A stretch of 64,000 nucleotides of DNA from Euprymna scolopes. Lineage: Eukaryota. Shown one piece after another: positions 37,001 to 53,331 of this stretch. The notes below the pieces were generated by a model. It made no database searches. It was not told the DNA's origin and saw nothing but the letters and a program-made list of their open reading frames with translations. The stretch's first letter is position 1, and each line of letters opens with the position of its first letter. The DNA lies in the NCBI GenBank assembly GCA_053919585.1, contig CM132827.1; one strand, given 5' to 3'. A program made the translations under genes and the position numbers.

Positions 37001-40000
37001 GCAATTTACCATTATCATATGTGGGTAAAGCAATTTACCATTATCATATGTGGGTAAAGCAATTTATCATTATAATATGTGTGTAAAGCAATTAACCATT
37101 ATCATATGTGTGTAAAGCAATTTACCATTATCATATGTGGATAAAGCAATTTACCATTATCATATGTGGGTAAAGCAATTTAGCATTATCATATGTGGGT
37201 AAAGCAAACGACCATTATCATATGTTGGTAAAGCAATTTACCATTACATATGTGGATAAAGCAATTTACCATTATCATATAGGGGTAAAGCAATTTAGCA
37301 TTATCATATGTGTGTAAAGCAATTTGTCATTATCATATGTGTGTAAAGCAATTTACCATTATCATATGTGGGTAAAGCAATTTAACATTATCATATGTGG
37401 GTAAAGCAATTTATCATTATCATATGTGGGTAAAACAATTTATCATTATCATATGTGTGTAAAGCAATTTACCATTATCATATGTAGGTAAAGCAATTTT
37501 CCATTATCATATGTGGGTAAAGCAATTTACCATTATCATATGTGGGTAAAGCAATTTACCATTATCATATGTGGGTAAAGCAATTTACCATTATCATATG
37601 TGGGTAAAGCAATTTAGCATTATAATATGTGGAAAAAGCAATTTACCATTATCATATGTATGTAAAGCAACCTACAATTATCATATGCGTGTAAAGCAAC
37701 CTACCATTATCATATGTGGGTAAAACAATTTACCATTATCATATGTATGTAAAGCAACCTACAATTATCATATGTGTGTAAAGCAACCTACCATTATCAT
37801 ATGTGGGTAAAACAATTTACCATTATCATATGTATGTAAAGCAACCTACCATTATCATATATGTGTAAAGCAACCTACCATTATCATATGTGGGTAAAGC
37901 AATTTACCATTATCATATGTGGGTAAAGCAATTTACCATTATAATATGTGGGTAAAGCAATTTACCATTATCATATGTGGGTAAAGCAATTTACCATTAT
38001 CATATGTGGGTAAAGCAATTTACCATTATCATATGTGGGTAAAGCAATTTAGCATTATAATATGTGGAAAAAGCAATTTACCATTATCATATGTATGTAA
38101 AGCAACCTACAATTATCATATGTGTGTAAAGCAACCTACAATTATCATATGTGGGTAAAACAATTTACCATTATCATATGTATGTAAAGCAACCTACCAT
38201 TATCATATGTGTGTAAAGCAACCTACCATTATCATATGTGGGTAAAACAATTTACCATTATCATGTGGGTAAAGAAATTTACCATTATCATATGTGGGTA
38301 AAGCAATTTACCATTATCATATGTGTGTAAAGCAATTTACCATTATCATATGTATGTGGGTAAAGCAACCTACCATTATAACATGTGGTTAAAGCTATTT
38401 TCCATTATCATATGTGGGTAAAGCAAATTATCATTATCATATTGTGTGAAAAGCAATTTACCATTATCATATGTGTGTAAAGCAATTTACCATTCTCATA
38501 TGTGTGTAAAGCAATATACCCTTATCATATGTGGGTAAGGCAACCTACCATTATCACATGTGGGTAAAGCTATTTACCATTATCATATGTGGGTACAGCA
38601 AATTATCATTATATGTGTGTAAAGCTATTTACCATTATCATATGTGGGTGAAGCAAATTATCATTATCATATGTGGGTAAAGCAATTTACCATTATAATA
38701 TGTGGGTAAAGCAATTTATCATTATCATATGTGGGTAAAGCAATTTATAATTATTATATGTGGGAAAAGCAATTTATCATTATCATATGCGGGTAAAGCA
38801 ATTTACCATTATCATATGTTGGTAAAGCAATTTACCATTATCATATGTGTGTAAAGCAACCTTCCATTATCATATTTGCGTAAAGCAAACTACCATCATC
38901 ATATGTGGGTAAAGCAATTTACCATTATCATATGTGGGTAAAGCAATTTATCATTATCATATCTGGGTAAAGCATTTTACCAATATCATATGTGTGTAAA
39001 GCAATTTACTATTATCATATGTGTGTAAAGCAATTTACCATTATCATATGTGGGTAAAGCAACCTACCATAATCACATGTGGTTAAAGCTATTTACCATT
39101 ATCATATGTGGGTAAAGCAAATTATCATTATCATATGTGGGTAAAGCAATTTACCATTATCCTATGTGGGTAAAGCAATTTACCATTATCATATGCGGGT
39201 AAAAGAAATTTACCATTATAATATGTGAGTAAAGCAATTTATCATTATCATATGTGGGTAAAGAAACCTACCATTATCATATGTGGGTAAAGTAAATTAT
39301 CATTATCATATGTGGGTAAAGCAATTTACCATTATCATATATAGTTAAAGCAATGTATCATTATCATATGTGGGTAAAGCAATTTACCATTACCATATGT
39401 GTGTAAAGAAATTGATCATTATCATACATGGGTAAAGCAACCTACCCTTATCATATGTGGGTAAAGCAATTTACCCTTATAATATGTTGGTAAAGAAACC
39501 TACCATTCTCACATGTGGTTAAAGCTATTTACCCTTATCATATGTGTGTAAAGCAATTGACCATTATCATATGTGGGTAAAGCAATTTTTCATTATCATA
39601 GGTGTGTAAAGCAATTTACCATTATCATATGTGGGTAAATCAATTCATCATTATCATATGTGGGTAACGCAATTTACCATTATCATATGTGGGTAAAGCA
39701 ACCTACCATTATCATATGTGGGTAAAGCAACCTACCATTATCATATGTGTGTAAAGCAACCTACCATTATCATATGAGGTAAAGCAATTAACCATTACAA
39801 TATATGGGTAAAGTAATTTATTATTATCCTATATGGGTAAAGCAATTTACCATTATCATATGTGGGTAAAGCAATTTACCATTATCATATGTGGGTAAAG
39901 CAATTTATCATTATAATATGTGTGTAAAGCAATTAACCATTATCATATGTGTGTAAAGTAATTTACCATTATCATATGTGGATAAAGCAATTTACCATTA

Positions 40001-43000
40001 TCATATGTGGGTAAAGCAATTTAGCATTATCATATGTGGGTAAAGCAAACTACCATTATCATATGTTGGTAAAGCAATTTACCATTACATATGTGGATAA
40101 AGCAATTTACCATTATCATATAGGGGTAAAGCAATTTAGCATTATCATATGTGTGTAAAGCAATTTATCATTATCATATGTGTGTAAAGCAATTTACCAT
40201 TATCATATGTGGGTAAAGCAATTTAACATTATCATATGTGGGTAAAGCAATTTATCATTATCATATGTGGGTAAAACAATTTATCATTATCATATGTGTG
40301 TAAAGCAATTTACCATTATCATATGTAGGTAAAGCAATTTACCATTATCATATGTGGGTAAAGCAATTTACCATTATCATATGTGGGTAAAGCTATTTAC
40401 CATTATCATATGTGGGTAAAGCAATTTACCATTATCATATGTGGGTAAAGCAATTAAGCATTATAATATGTGTAAAAAGCAATTTACCATTATCATATGT
40501 ATGTAAAGCAACCTACAATTATCATATGCGTGTAAAGCAACCTACCATTATCATATGTGGGTAAAACAATTTACCATTATCATATGTATGTAAAGCAACC
40601 TACCATTATCATATGTGTGTAAAGCAACCTACCATTATCATATGTGGGTAAAACAATTTACCATTATCATATGTATGTAAAGCAACCTACCATTATCATA
40701 TGTGTGTAAAGCAACCTACCATTATCATATGTGGGTAAAACAATTTAACATTATCATGTGGGTAAAGAAATTTACCATTATCATATGTGGGTAAAGCAAT
40801 TTACCATTATCATATGTGTGTATAGCAATTTACCATTATCATATGTATGTGGGTAAAGCAACCTACCATTATAACATGTGGTTAAAGCTATTTTCCATTA
40901 TCATATGTGGGTAAAGCAAATTATCATTATCATATTGTGTGAAAAGCAATTTACCATTATCATATGTGTGTAAAGCAATTTACCATTCTCATATGTGTGT
41001 AAAGCAATATACCCTTATCATATGTGGGTAAAGCAACCTACCATTATCAAAAGTGGGTAAAGCTATTTACCATTATCATATGTGGGTACAGCAAATTATC
41101 ATTATATGTGTGTAAAGCTATTTACCATTATCATATGTGGGTGAAGCAAATTATCATTATCATATGTGGGTAAAGCAATTTACCATTATAATATGTGGGT
41201 AAAGCAATTTATCATTATCATATGTGGGTAAAGCAATTTATAATTATTATATGTGGGAAAAGCAATTTATCATTATCATATGCGGGTAAAGCAATTTACC
41301 ATTATCATATGTGGGTAAAGACACCTACCAATATCATATGTGGGTAAAGCAATTTACCGCTATCATATGTTGGTAAAGCAATTTACCATTATCATATGTG
41401 TGTAAAGCAACCTACCATTATCATATTTGCGTAAAGCAAACTACCATCATCATATGTGGGTAAAGCAATTTACCATTATCATATGTGGGTAAAGCAATTT
41501 ATCATTATCATATCTGGGTAAAGCAATTTACCAATATCATATGTGTGTAAAGCAATTTACTATTATCATATGTGTGTAAAGCAATTTACCATTATAATAT
41601 GTGGGTAAAGCAACCTACCATAATCACATGTGGTTAAAGCTATTTACCATTATCATATGTGGGTAAAGCAAATTATCATTATCATATGTGGGTAAAGCAA
41701 TTTACCATTACTCTATGTGGGTAAAGCAATTTACCATTATCATATGCGGGTAAAAGAAATTTACCATTATAATATGTGAGTAAAGCAATTTACCATTATC
41801 ATATGTGGGTAAAGAAACCTACCATTATCATATGTGGGTAAAGTAAATTATCATTATCATATGTGGGTAAAGCAATTTACCATTATCATATATAGTTAAA
41901 GCAATGTATCATTATCATATGTGGGTAAAGCAATTTACCATTACCATATGTGTGTAAAGAAATTGATCATTATCATACATGGGTAAAGCAACCTACCCTT
42001 ATCATATGTGGGTAAAGCAATTTACCCTTATAATATGTTGGTAAAGAAACCTACCATTCTCACATGTGGTTAAAGCTATTTACCCTTATCATATGTGTGT
42101 AAAGCAATTGACCATTATCATATGTGGGTAAAGCAATTTTTCATTATCATAGGTGTGTAAAGCAATTTACCATTATCATATGTGGGTAAATCAATTCATC
42201 ATTATCATATGTGGGTAACGCAATTTACCATTATCATATGTGGGTAAAGCAACTTACAATTATCATATGTGTGTAAAGCAACCTACCATTATCATATGAG
42301 GTAAAGCAATTAACCATTATCATATATGGGTAAAGTAATTTATTATTATCCTATATGGGTAAAGCAATTTACCATTATCATATGTGGGTAAAGCAATTTA
42401 CCATTATCATATGTGGGTAAAGCAATTTATCATTATAATATGTGTGTAAAGCAATTAACCATTATCATATGTGTGTAAAGCAATTTACCATTATCATATG
42501 TGGATAAAGCAATTTACCATTATCATATGTGGGTAAAGCAATTTAGCATTATCATATGTGGGTAAAGCAATTTACCATTATCATATGTGGATAAAGCAAT
42601 TTACCATGATCATATAGGGGTAAAGCAATTTAGCATTATCATATGTGTGTAAAGCAATTTATCATTATCATATGTGTGTAAAGCAATTTATCATTATCAT
42701 ATGTGTGTAAAGCAATTTACCATTATCATATGTGGGTAAAGCAATTTACCATTATCATATGTGGGTAAAGCAATTTATCATTATCATATGTGGGTAAAAC
42801 AATTTATCATTATCATATGTGTGTAAAGCAATTTACCATTATCATATGTAGGTAAAGCAATTTACCATTATCATATGTGGGTAAAGCAATTTACCATTAT
42901 CATATGTGGGTAAAGCAATTCACCATTATCATATGTGTGTAAAGCAATTTACCATTATAATATTTGTGTAAAGCAATTTACCATTATCATATGTGTGTGG

Positions 43001-46000
43001 AGCAATTTACCATTATCATATGTGGGTAAAGCAATTTACCATTATCATATGTGGGTAAAGCAATTTACCATTATCATATGTGGGTAAAGCAATTTACCAT
43101 TATCATATGTGGGTAAAGCAATTTACCATTATCATATGTGTGTAAAGCAATTTATCATTATCATACATGGGTAAAGCAATTTATCATTATCATATGTGGG
43201 TAAAGCAATTTACCATTATCATATTTGTGTAAAGCAATTTACCATTATCATATGTGGGTAAAGCAATTTAACATTATCATATGTGGGTAAAGCAATTTAT
43301 CATTATCATATGTGGGTAAAACAATTTATCATTATCATATGTGTGTGAAGCAATTTACCATTATCATATGTAGGTAAAGCAATTTACCATTATCATATGT
43401 GGGTAAAGCAATTTACCATTATCATATGTGGGTAAAGCTATTTACCATTATCATATGTGGGTAAAGCAATTTACCATTATCATATGTGGGTAAAGCAATT
43501 TAGCATTATAATATGTGTAAAAAGCAATTTACCATTATCATATGTATGTAAAGCAACCTACAATTATCATATGCGTGTAAAGCAACCTACCATTATCATA
43601 TGTGGGTAAAACAATTTACCATTATCATATGTATGTAAAGCAACCTACCATTATCATATGTGTGTAAAGCAACCTACCATTATCATATGTGGGTAAAACA
43701 ATTTACCATTATCATATGTATGTAAAGCAACCTACCATTATCATATGTGTGTAAAGCAACCTACCATTATCATATGTGGGTAAAACAATTTAACATTATC
43801 ATGTGGGTAAAGAAATTTACCATTATCATATGTGGGTAAAGCAATTTACCATTATCATATGTGTGTATAGCAATTTACCATTATCATATGTATGTGGGTA
43901 AAGCAACCTACCATTATAACATGTGGTTAAAGCTATTTTCCATTATCATATGTGGGTAAAGCAAATTATCATTATCATATTGTGTGAAAAGCAATTTACC
44001 ATTATCATATGTGTGTAAAGCAATTTACCATTCTCATATGTGTGTAAAGCAATATACCCTTATCATATGTGGGTAAAGCAACCTACCATTATCACAAGTG
44101 GGTAAAGCTATTTACCATTATCATATGTGGGTACAGCAAATTATCATTATATGTGTGTAAAGCTATTTACCATTATCATATGTGGGTGAAGCAAATTATC
44201 ATTATCATATGTGGGTAAAGCAATTTACCATTATAATATGTGGGTAAAGCAATTTATCATTATCATATGTGGGTAAAGCAATTTATAATTATTATATGTG
44301 GGAAAAGCAATTTATCATTATCATATGCGGGTAAAGCAATTTACCATTATCATATGTGGGTAAAGACACCTACCAATATCATATGTGGGTAAAGCAATTT
44401 ACCGCTATCATATGTTGGTAAAGCAATTTACCATTATCATATGTGTGTAAAGCAACCTACCATTATCATATTTGCGTAAAGCAAACTACCATCATCATAT
44501 GTGGGTAAAGCAATTTACCATTATCATATGTGGGTAAAGCAATTTATCATTATCATATCTGGGTAAAGCAATTTACCAATATCATATGTGTGTAAAGCAA
44601 TTTACTATTATCATATGTGTGTAAAGCAATTTACCATTATCATATGTGGGTAAAGCAACCTACCATAATCACATGTGGTTAAAGCTATTTACCATTATCA
44701 TATGTGGGTAAAGCAAATTATCATTATCATATGTGGGTAAAGCAATTTACCATTATCCTATGTGGGTAAAGCAATTTACCATTATCATATGCGGGTAAAA
44801 GAAATTTACCATTATAATATGTGAGTAAAGCAATTTACCATTATCATATGTGGGTAAAGAAACCTACCATTATCATATGTGGGTAAAGTAAATTATCATT
44901 ATCATATGTGGGTAAAGCAATTTACCATTATCATATATAGTTAAAGCAATGTATCATTATCATATGTGGGTAAAGCAATTTACCATTACCATATGTGTGT
45001 AAAGAAATTGATCATTATCATACATGGGTAAAGCAACCTACCCTTATCATATGTGGGTAAAGCAATTTACCCTTATAATATGTTGGTAAAGAAACCTACC
45101 ATTCTCACATGTGGTTAAAGCTATTTACCCTTATCATATGTGTGTAAAGCAATTGACCATTATCATATGTGGGTAAAGCAATTTTTCATTATCATAGGTG
45201 TGTAAAGCAATTTACCATTATCATATGTGGGTAAATCAATTCATCATTATCATATGTGGGTAACGCAATTTACCATTATCATATGTGGGTAAAGCAACCT
45301 ACCATTATCATATGTGGGTAAAGCAACTTACAATTATCATATGTGTGTAAAGCAACCTACCATTATCATATGAGGTAAAGCAATTAACCATTATCATATA
45401 TGGGTAAAGTAATTTATTATTATCCTATATGGGTAAAGCAATTTACCATTATCATATGTGGGTAAAGCAATTTACCATTATCATATGTGGGTAAAGCAAT
45501 TTATCATTATAATATGTGTGTAAAGCAATTAACCATTATCATATGTGTGTAAAGCAATTTACCATTATCATATGTGGATAAAGCAATTTACCATTATCAT
45601 ATGTGGGTAAAGCAATTTAGCATTATCATATGTGGGTAAAGCAATTTACCATTATCATATGTGGATAAAGCAATTTACCATTATCATATAGGGGTAAAGC
45701 AATTTAGCATTATCATATGTGTGTAAAGCAATTTATCATTATCATATGTGTGTAAAGCAATTTATCATTATCATATGTGTGTAAAGCAATTTACCATTAT
45801 CATATGTGGGTAAAGCAATTTACCATTATCATATGTGGGTAAAGCAATTTATCATTATCATATGTGGGTAAAACAATTTATCATTATCATATGTGTGTAA
45901 AGCAATTTACCATTATCATATGTAGGTAAAGCAATTTACCATTATCATATGTGGGTAAAGCAATTTACCATTATCATATGTGGGTAAAGCAATTCACCAT

Positions 46001-49000
46001 TATCATATGTGTGTAAAGCAATTTACCATTATAATATTTGTGTAAAGCAATTTACCATTATCATATGTGTGTGGAGCAATTTACCATTATCATATGTGGG
46101 TAAAGCAATTTACCATTATCATATGTGGGTAAAGCAATTTACCATTATCATATGTGGGTAAAGCAATTTACCATTATCATATGTGGGTAAAGCAATTTAC
46201 CATTATCATATGTGTGTAAAGCAATTTATCATTATCATACATGGGTAAAGCAATTTATCATTATCATATGTGGGTAAAGCAATTTACCATTATAATATTT
46301 GTGTAAAGCAATTTACCATTATCATATGTGTGTGGAGCAATTTACCATTATATTATGTGGGTAAAGCAATTTACCATTATCATATGTGGGTAAAGCAATT
46401 TACCATTATCATATGTGGGTAAAGCAATTTACCATTATCATATGTGGGTAAAGCAATTTACCATTATCATATGTGTGTAAAGCAATTTATCATTATCATA
46501 CATGGGTAAAGCAATTTATCATTATCATACATGGGTAAAGCAATTTATCATTATCATATGAGGGTAAAGCAATTTACCATTATCATATGTGGGTAAAGCA
46601 ATTTACCATTATCATATGTGGGTAAAGCAATTTATTATTATCATATGTGGGTAAAACAATTTACCATTATATTATGTGGGTAAAGCAATTTACCATTATC
46701 ATATGTGGGAAAAGCCAACTACCATTATCATATGTGGGTAAAGCAATTTACCATTATCATATGTGTGTAAAGCAATTTTCCATTATCATATGTGGGAAAA
46801 GCAATTTACCAATATCATATATGGGTAAAGCAAACTACCATTATCATATGTGGGTAAAGCAATTTACCATTATCATATGTGGGTAAAGAAATTTACCATT
46901 ATCATATGTGGGTAAAGAAATTTACCATTATCATATGTGGGTAAAGCAATTTACCATTATCATATGTGTGTAAAGCAATTAACCATTATCATATGTGTGT
47001 AAAGCAATTTACGATTATCATATGTGTGTAAAGCAATTTATCATCATCATACATGGGTAAAGCAATTTATCATTATCATATGTGTGTAAAGCAATTTACC
47101 ATTATCATATGTATGTAAAGCGATTCACCATTATCATATGTGTGTAAAGCAATTCATCATATGGGTAAAGCAATTCACCATTATCATATGTGGGTAAAGC
47201 AATTGATCATTATCATATGTGGGTAAAGCAATTTACCATTATAATATTTGTGTAAAGTAATTTACCATTATCATATGTGTGTGGAGCAATTTACCATCAT
47301 CATATGTGGGTAAAGCAATTTACCATTATCATATGTGGGTAAAGCAATTTACCATTATCATATGTGGGTAAAGCAATTTACCATTATCATATGTGGGTAA
47401 AGCAATTTACCATTATCATATGTGTGTAAAGCAATTTATCATCATCATACATGGGTAAACCAATTTATCATTATCATATGAGTGTAAAGCAATCTACCAT
47501 TATCATATGTGGGTAAAGCAATTTATTATTATCATATGTGGGTAAAACAATTTACCATTATCATATGTGGGTAAAGCAATTTACCATTATAATATGTGGG
47601 AAAAGCCAACTACCATTATCATATGTGGGTAAAGCAATTTACCATTATCATATGTGTGTAAAGCAATTTTCCATTATCATATGTGGGAAAAGCAATTTAC
47701 CATTATCATATATGGGTAAAGCAAACTACCATTATCATATGTGGGTAAAGCAAACTACCATTATCATATATGCGTAAAGCAATTTACCATTATCATATGA
47801 TGGTAAAACAATTTATCATTATCATATGTGAGTAAAGCAATTTACCATTATCATGTGTGGGTAAAGCAATTTTCCATTATCATATGTGGGTAAAGTAATT
47901 TATCATTATCATATGTGGGTAACGCAATTTACAATTATCATATGTGGGTAAAGCAATTTTCCATTATCATATGTGGGTAAAGCAATTTACCATTATAATT
48001 TGCGGGTAAAGCAATTTACCATTATCATATGTGGGTAAAGAAACCTACCATTTTCACATGTGGTTAAAGCTATTTAACCTTATCATATGTGTGTAAAGCA
48101 ATTTACCATTATCATATGTGTGTAAAGCAATTTATCATCATCATACATGGGTAAAGCAATTTATCATTATCATATGTGTGTAAAGCAATCTACCATTATC
48201 ATATGTGGGTAAAGACATTTATTATTATCATAAGTGGGTAAAGCAATTTACCATTATCATATGTGTGTAAAGCAATTTACCATTATCATATGTGGAAAAA
48301 AGCGATTTACCATTATCATATGTGGGTAAAGCAAACTACCATTATGATATGTGGGTAAAGCAAAGTACCATTATCATATATGGGTAAAGCAATTTACCAT
48401 TATCATATGATGGTAAAACAATTTATCATTATCATATGTGAGTAAAGAAATTTACCATTATCATATGTGGGTAAAGCAATTTACCATTATCATATTTGGG
48501 TAAAGTAATTTATCATTATCATATGTGGGTAACGCAATTTACAATTATCATATGTGGGTAAAGCAACTTACCATTATCATTTGCGGGTAAAGCAATTTAC
48601 CATTATCATATGTGGTTAAAGAAACCTACCATTATCATATGTGAGTAAAGCAATTTACCATTATCATATGTGGGTAAAGCAAACTACCATTATCATATGT
48701 GGGTAAAGCAATTTACCATTATCATATGTGTGTAAAGCAATTTATCATTATCATATGTGGATAAAGCAATTTACCATTATCATATGTGGGTAAGGCAATT
48801 TAACATTATCATATGTGTGTAAAGCAAGTTATCATTATCATACATGGGTAAAGCGATTCACCATTATCATATGTGTGTAAAGCAATTTATCATTATCATA
48901 CATGGGTAAAGCAATTTACCATTATCATGTGCGTAACGCAATTCACTATTATCATATGTGTGTAAAGCAATTTATCATTATCATATGTGGGTAAAGCAAA

Positions 49001-50590
49001 CTACCATTATCATATGTGGTTAAAGCAATTTACCATTATCATATGTGTGTAAAGCAATTATCCATTATTATATGTGTGTAAAGCAATTGATCATTATCAT
49101 ACAAGGTAAAGCAATTTGCCATTATCATATGTGGGTAAAGCAATTTATCATTATCATACATGGGTAAAGCAATTTACCATTATCATATGTGTGTAAAGCA
49201 ATTTATCATTATCATATGTGTGTAAAGCAATTTATCATTATCATACATGGGTAAAGCAATTTACCATTATCATATGTGTGTAAAGCAATTTACCATTATC
49301 ATATGTGTGTAAAGCAAATTATCATTATCATACATGGGTAAAGCAATTTATCATAATCATATGTGTGTAAAGCAATTTATCATTATCATATGTGTGTGAA
49401 GCAATTTACCATGATCATATGTGTGTAAAGCAATTGATCATTATCATATGTGTGTAAAGCAATTTATCATTATCATATGTGTTTAAAGCAATTTACCATT
49501 TTCATATGTGTGTAAAGCAATTTACCATTATCATATGTGGGTAAAGCAATTTCCCATTATCATATGTGTGTAAAACAAACTACCATTATCATATGTGTGT
49601 AAAGCAATTTATCGTTATCATATGTGTGTAAAGCAATGTATCATTATCATATGTGTGTAAAGCAATTTACTATTATCATACATCGGTAAAGCAATTTACC
49701 ATTATCATATGTGGGTAAAGCAATTCACCATTATCATATGTGGGTAAAGCGATTTACCATTATCATATGTGGGTAAAGCAATTTACCATTATCATATGTG
49801 TGTAAAGCAATTTACCATTATCATATGTGGGTAAAGCAATTTCCCATTATCATATGTGTGTAAAGCAAACTACCATTATCATATGTGTGTAAAGCAAACT
49901 ACCGTTATCATATGTGTGTAAAGCAATTTATCATTATCATATGTGGGTAAAGCAATTTACCATTATCATATGTGTGTAAAGCAATTTACTATTATCATAC
50001 ATCGGTAAAGCAATTTACTATTATCATACATCGGTAAAGCAATTTACCATTATCATATGTGGGTAAAGCAATTTACCATTATCATATGTGGGTAAAGCAA
50101 TTTACCATTATCATATGTGGGTAAAGCAATTTACCATTATCATATGTGGGTAAAGCAATTTACCATTATCATATGTGGGTAAAGCAATTTACCATTATCA
50201 TATGTGGGTAAAGCAATTTATCATTATCATATGTGGGTAAAGCAAACTATCATTATCATATGTGGGTAAAGCAATTTATAATTATTATATGTGGGTAAAG
50301 CAATTTACCATTATCATACATGCGTAAAGCAATTTACTATTATCATACATGGGTAAAGCAATTTACCATTATCATATGTGTGTAAAGCAATTTACCATTT
50401 TCATATGTCGGTAAAGCAATTTACCATTATCATATGTGGGTAAAGCAATTCACCATTATCATATGTGGGTAAAGCAATTTACCATTATCATACATGGGTA
50501 AAGCAATTTACCATTATCATGTGTGTAAAGCAATTTACCATTTTCATATGTGCGTAAAGCAATCTATCATTATCATATGTGGGTAAAGCA
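34064..50590. repeat. 29-bp satellite array (about 570 copies) with ~2.5-3.0 kb higher-order repeats
   Basis: Consensus GTAAAGCAATTTACCATTATCATATGTGG; variant TTGTGTGAAAAGC recurs at 35601, 38442, 40935 and 43980. Confidence 0.98.
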
Positions 50591-51051
50591 GGTTGATGTC
50601 ATGTTACCATCAGCTGTTATACACAACCTTTACCAGGTGTGTTTTTTCTTATTTTACCAGGTGTGTTTTTTTAATCACGTTCACCTCTAACAAGGCACAC
50701 ATCACCACTTGAATGTAAGGGGCTACTATTTAGGACCATGCCTTGGGAAGATGGCTGGCATTCTATTTGTCTGAAGGTTCACACTACCAAATAATTAAAT
50801 TGCTACAAATATTACTGTTGGCTTTATTGAAATATTTTGCCAGTGCAGAAATAATGTATCAATAAAAATCAATAATCCAGCAAAGAAGCAAACAAACTCA
50901 GAGATCGTCTCTTTGTATTCTCGATTACTTGCAATTACTTGATTAAGGTAAAACTAAAATATTTTAATGGAATCAAATTTTATAATATAAAATTAATACA
51001 TATTACACTAAAGTGAACAGTAAACAGCTCATTAAACTAGTATTTTTATTT

Positions 51052-52331
51052 GGCTATTTTGACCTAGAGCGTTTGAAAAAAAAAATGGCTGAAATCTCAT
51101 GGTAAATCAAAATTGCAAAATACGAAACGAAACACGTCTTCCGTCTATTGAAAGTGAATTGTTTATTTTATCTGAATTTGAATAAAAACAATGAAATAAA
51201 CAAATAAAATCCATTTTTTTTGGTGTTGTAAATTTTTTCCATCTTCTCTTTTCAGACTATGTATTATGTACAAAGGAGTGGTAAGAAAAAAGCAAACATA
51301 AAAAAGCAAATAAATGTTATCAATTAGCATATAAAATATCAAAGGCCAAATAAGTTACTCTTCTACCTATCTGAATAAGTTTTTAGTGATTTTACTCACT
51401 TTATGCCCAACAAATGGCCGCAACTGAACACTTAAATGTTTTTGTTTATTTACCTAAATCTTTATTTTTCCAAATAAAATAAATAAATAAAATCAACTGT
51501 TGTTTCTTTTACCGAAATATTTGGCATTTAATGAGGCGTTGAGTAAAATAAATAAAATATTGCAAACAAAAAGTTATGATTAAATTCTTTCGTTTGTTTA
51601 ATTTTAATTCTTGTAAAATAATATTTTTTTAATTATAAGTTCTTTTAGTTTTGCTATGGATAATATTAGCTACCTCCAACGTGCGCCACAGCTTTAACCG
51701 CCCCCCCATGTATATAACATGATGTAACTGTAACTTAATTCAATATTATTATCCTAACTTTTTAACCATTTAAAAGAAGCTTCAAATAAACCTAATATTT
51801 TAAAAAAATTTTTTACAACATACAAAAATAATAAAAATGCGAGACAGAAATTGTGTTTACATTATCAACGCTTTAAAATATTCCTATGTAATAACGTTTA
51901 TGAAGCCATAGACACACCCATGTTTTAAAAATCTAGCAAAAATCAAATAAGTCATATTTCCCTGAAATTTTCGATATTTATTCATTATTAAATAAATTTA
52001 CATAATAAAATTAGGTTTTGTTAAATATATAAGAGGAAATATATTTTTTTAGGTGTTCTACCCCCCCCCATATTTCATATTATGAAAATTAAACAAAATA
52101 AATATAGGTCGATAAAAATTTCAACATTTTTTAAAGCTGAAAAGATTAAATAATTAAAACACTAGTTATATATATATATATAGTAAAACTGGTAATTAGT
52201 AAAAACCTGAATAGAGTGCTCAGTACTATTGCAGAGCAAATATATGTTTTATTTTTTTATTACTGTTTTATCTATTTGGTTACATATGTTTCGGATGTTG
52301 GACCATGTTTACGATCCAAGAAAAAAAAAAC

Positions 52332-52374
<43 letters not shown>

Positions 52375-53253
52375 ATCCCGTCATTTTTTTTCACCTATCT
52401 TAAAGTTGTAAATAAAATTGGACATAAAATCAATATTATTCTGTTAAAAAAAAAATGAAATAAACAATTTTTCTTGATTTTTTTTTTGTCGGTAATATAA
52501 TTATTTTAATTACAATTAAAAAAAAAACAATTCTAAAAAATAATTATTTTTAAAAGGCTTTAAATGATATTAAATTCAAATATCATGTGATATGAAGTTT
52601 AAACAGATTTTTTTTCGAATAATAAAAAATATATTCATATAATAGAATATATGAGATAATAAAAATTACAAAAGCAACATCGACTAAAAAAATTTGTTTG
52701 GATTTGATTATTTAAAATGACAAAGGTAATAATCAAAATTTGTGCTCTTTTTTTTTCAAAAAAGTACGGAGGTCTGTAGCAACATCATCTTTGGATACAT
52801 GTATCACCAAAATAGCTTTAAATTAATTTTATCGTCTGTGTAGTTCGTTATTAAAAATCTGTTTTATAAAAGGTAAGTCTTATATTGTTTTTCATCCATT
52901 TTTTTATTGTACATTTTATTTATTCATAAATTTCTGCATGACTATAGTAAACACACGAAATGATGACGTCACTACTTAATATGTATAATGATGACGTGCT
53001 ACACAATGGTTTCGCGGTACCTAGATAACATTTTTTTTAAAAGTAGTTTCACATTTACAATTGCAAAAAAAAAGTCGATTTTATTTATTTACTTCATTAT
53101 TTTTATTCAAATTCCCGTTAAATGAACGATTCTCTTTCAACAGCCGGAATGTGTGTTTCGTTTCATTTACCCATTTCATATTTCGTAATTTTGATTCACC
53201 AGGTGATTTTATTTTATTTATTTATTTATTTTAATGCTTTCGGTCAAAATAGC
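51052..53253. mobile_element. Inverted pair of related non-coding repeats (51052-51212 and 53075-53253); foldback or MITE-like
   Basis: GGCTATTTTGACC...CGAAACAC...GAATTTGAATAAAAA is mirrored as its reverse complement. Confidence 0.6.
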
Positions 53254-53331
53254 CTTTTATTTTTATTATAAAGTCATTTTATTTATGCAACGTTCTCTAC
53301 ATTTTTTTGATATTCAAATTAAAAAAATATG

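Noticed and set aside
46647-47777. ORFs with ICGK motifs resembling zinc-finger proteins
   Set aside because: Chance open frames of the 29-bp satellite; no CxxC...HxxxH spacing.
34064-50590. CRISPR-like array of 29-bp hairpin-forming repeats
   Set aside because: Units are head-to-tail with no unique spacers, there are no cas genes, and the context is eukaryotic; it is a satellite.
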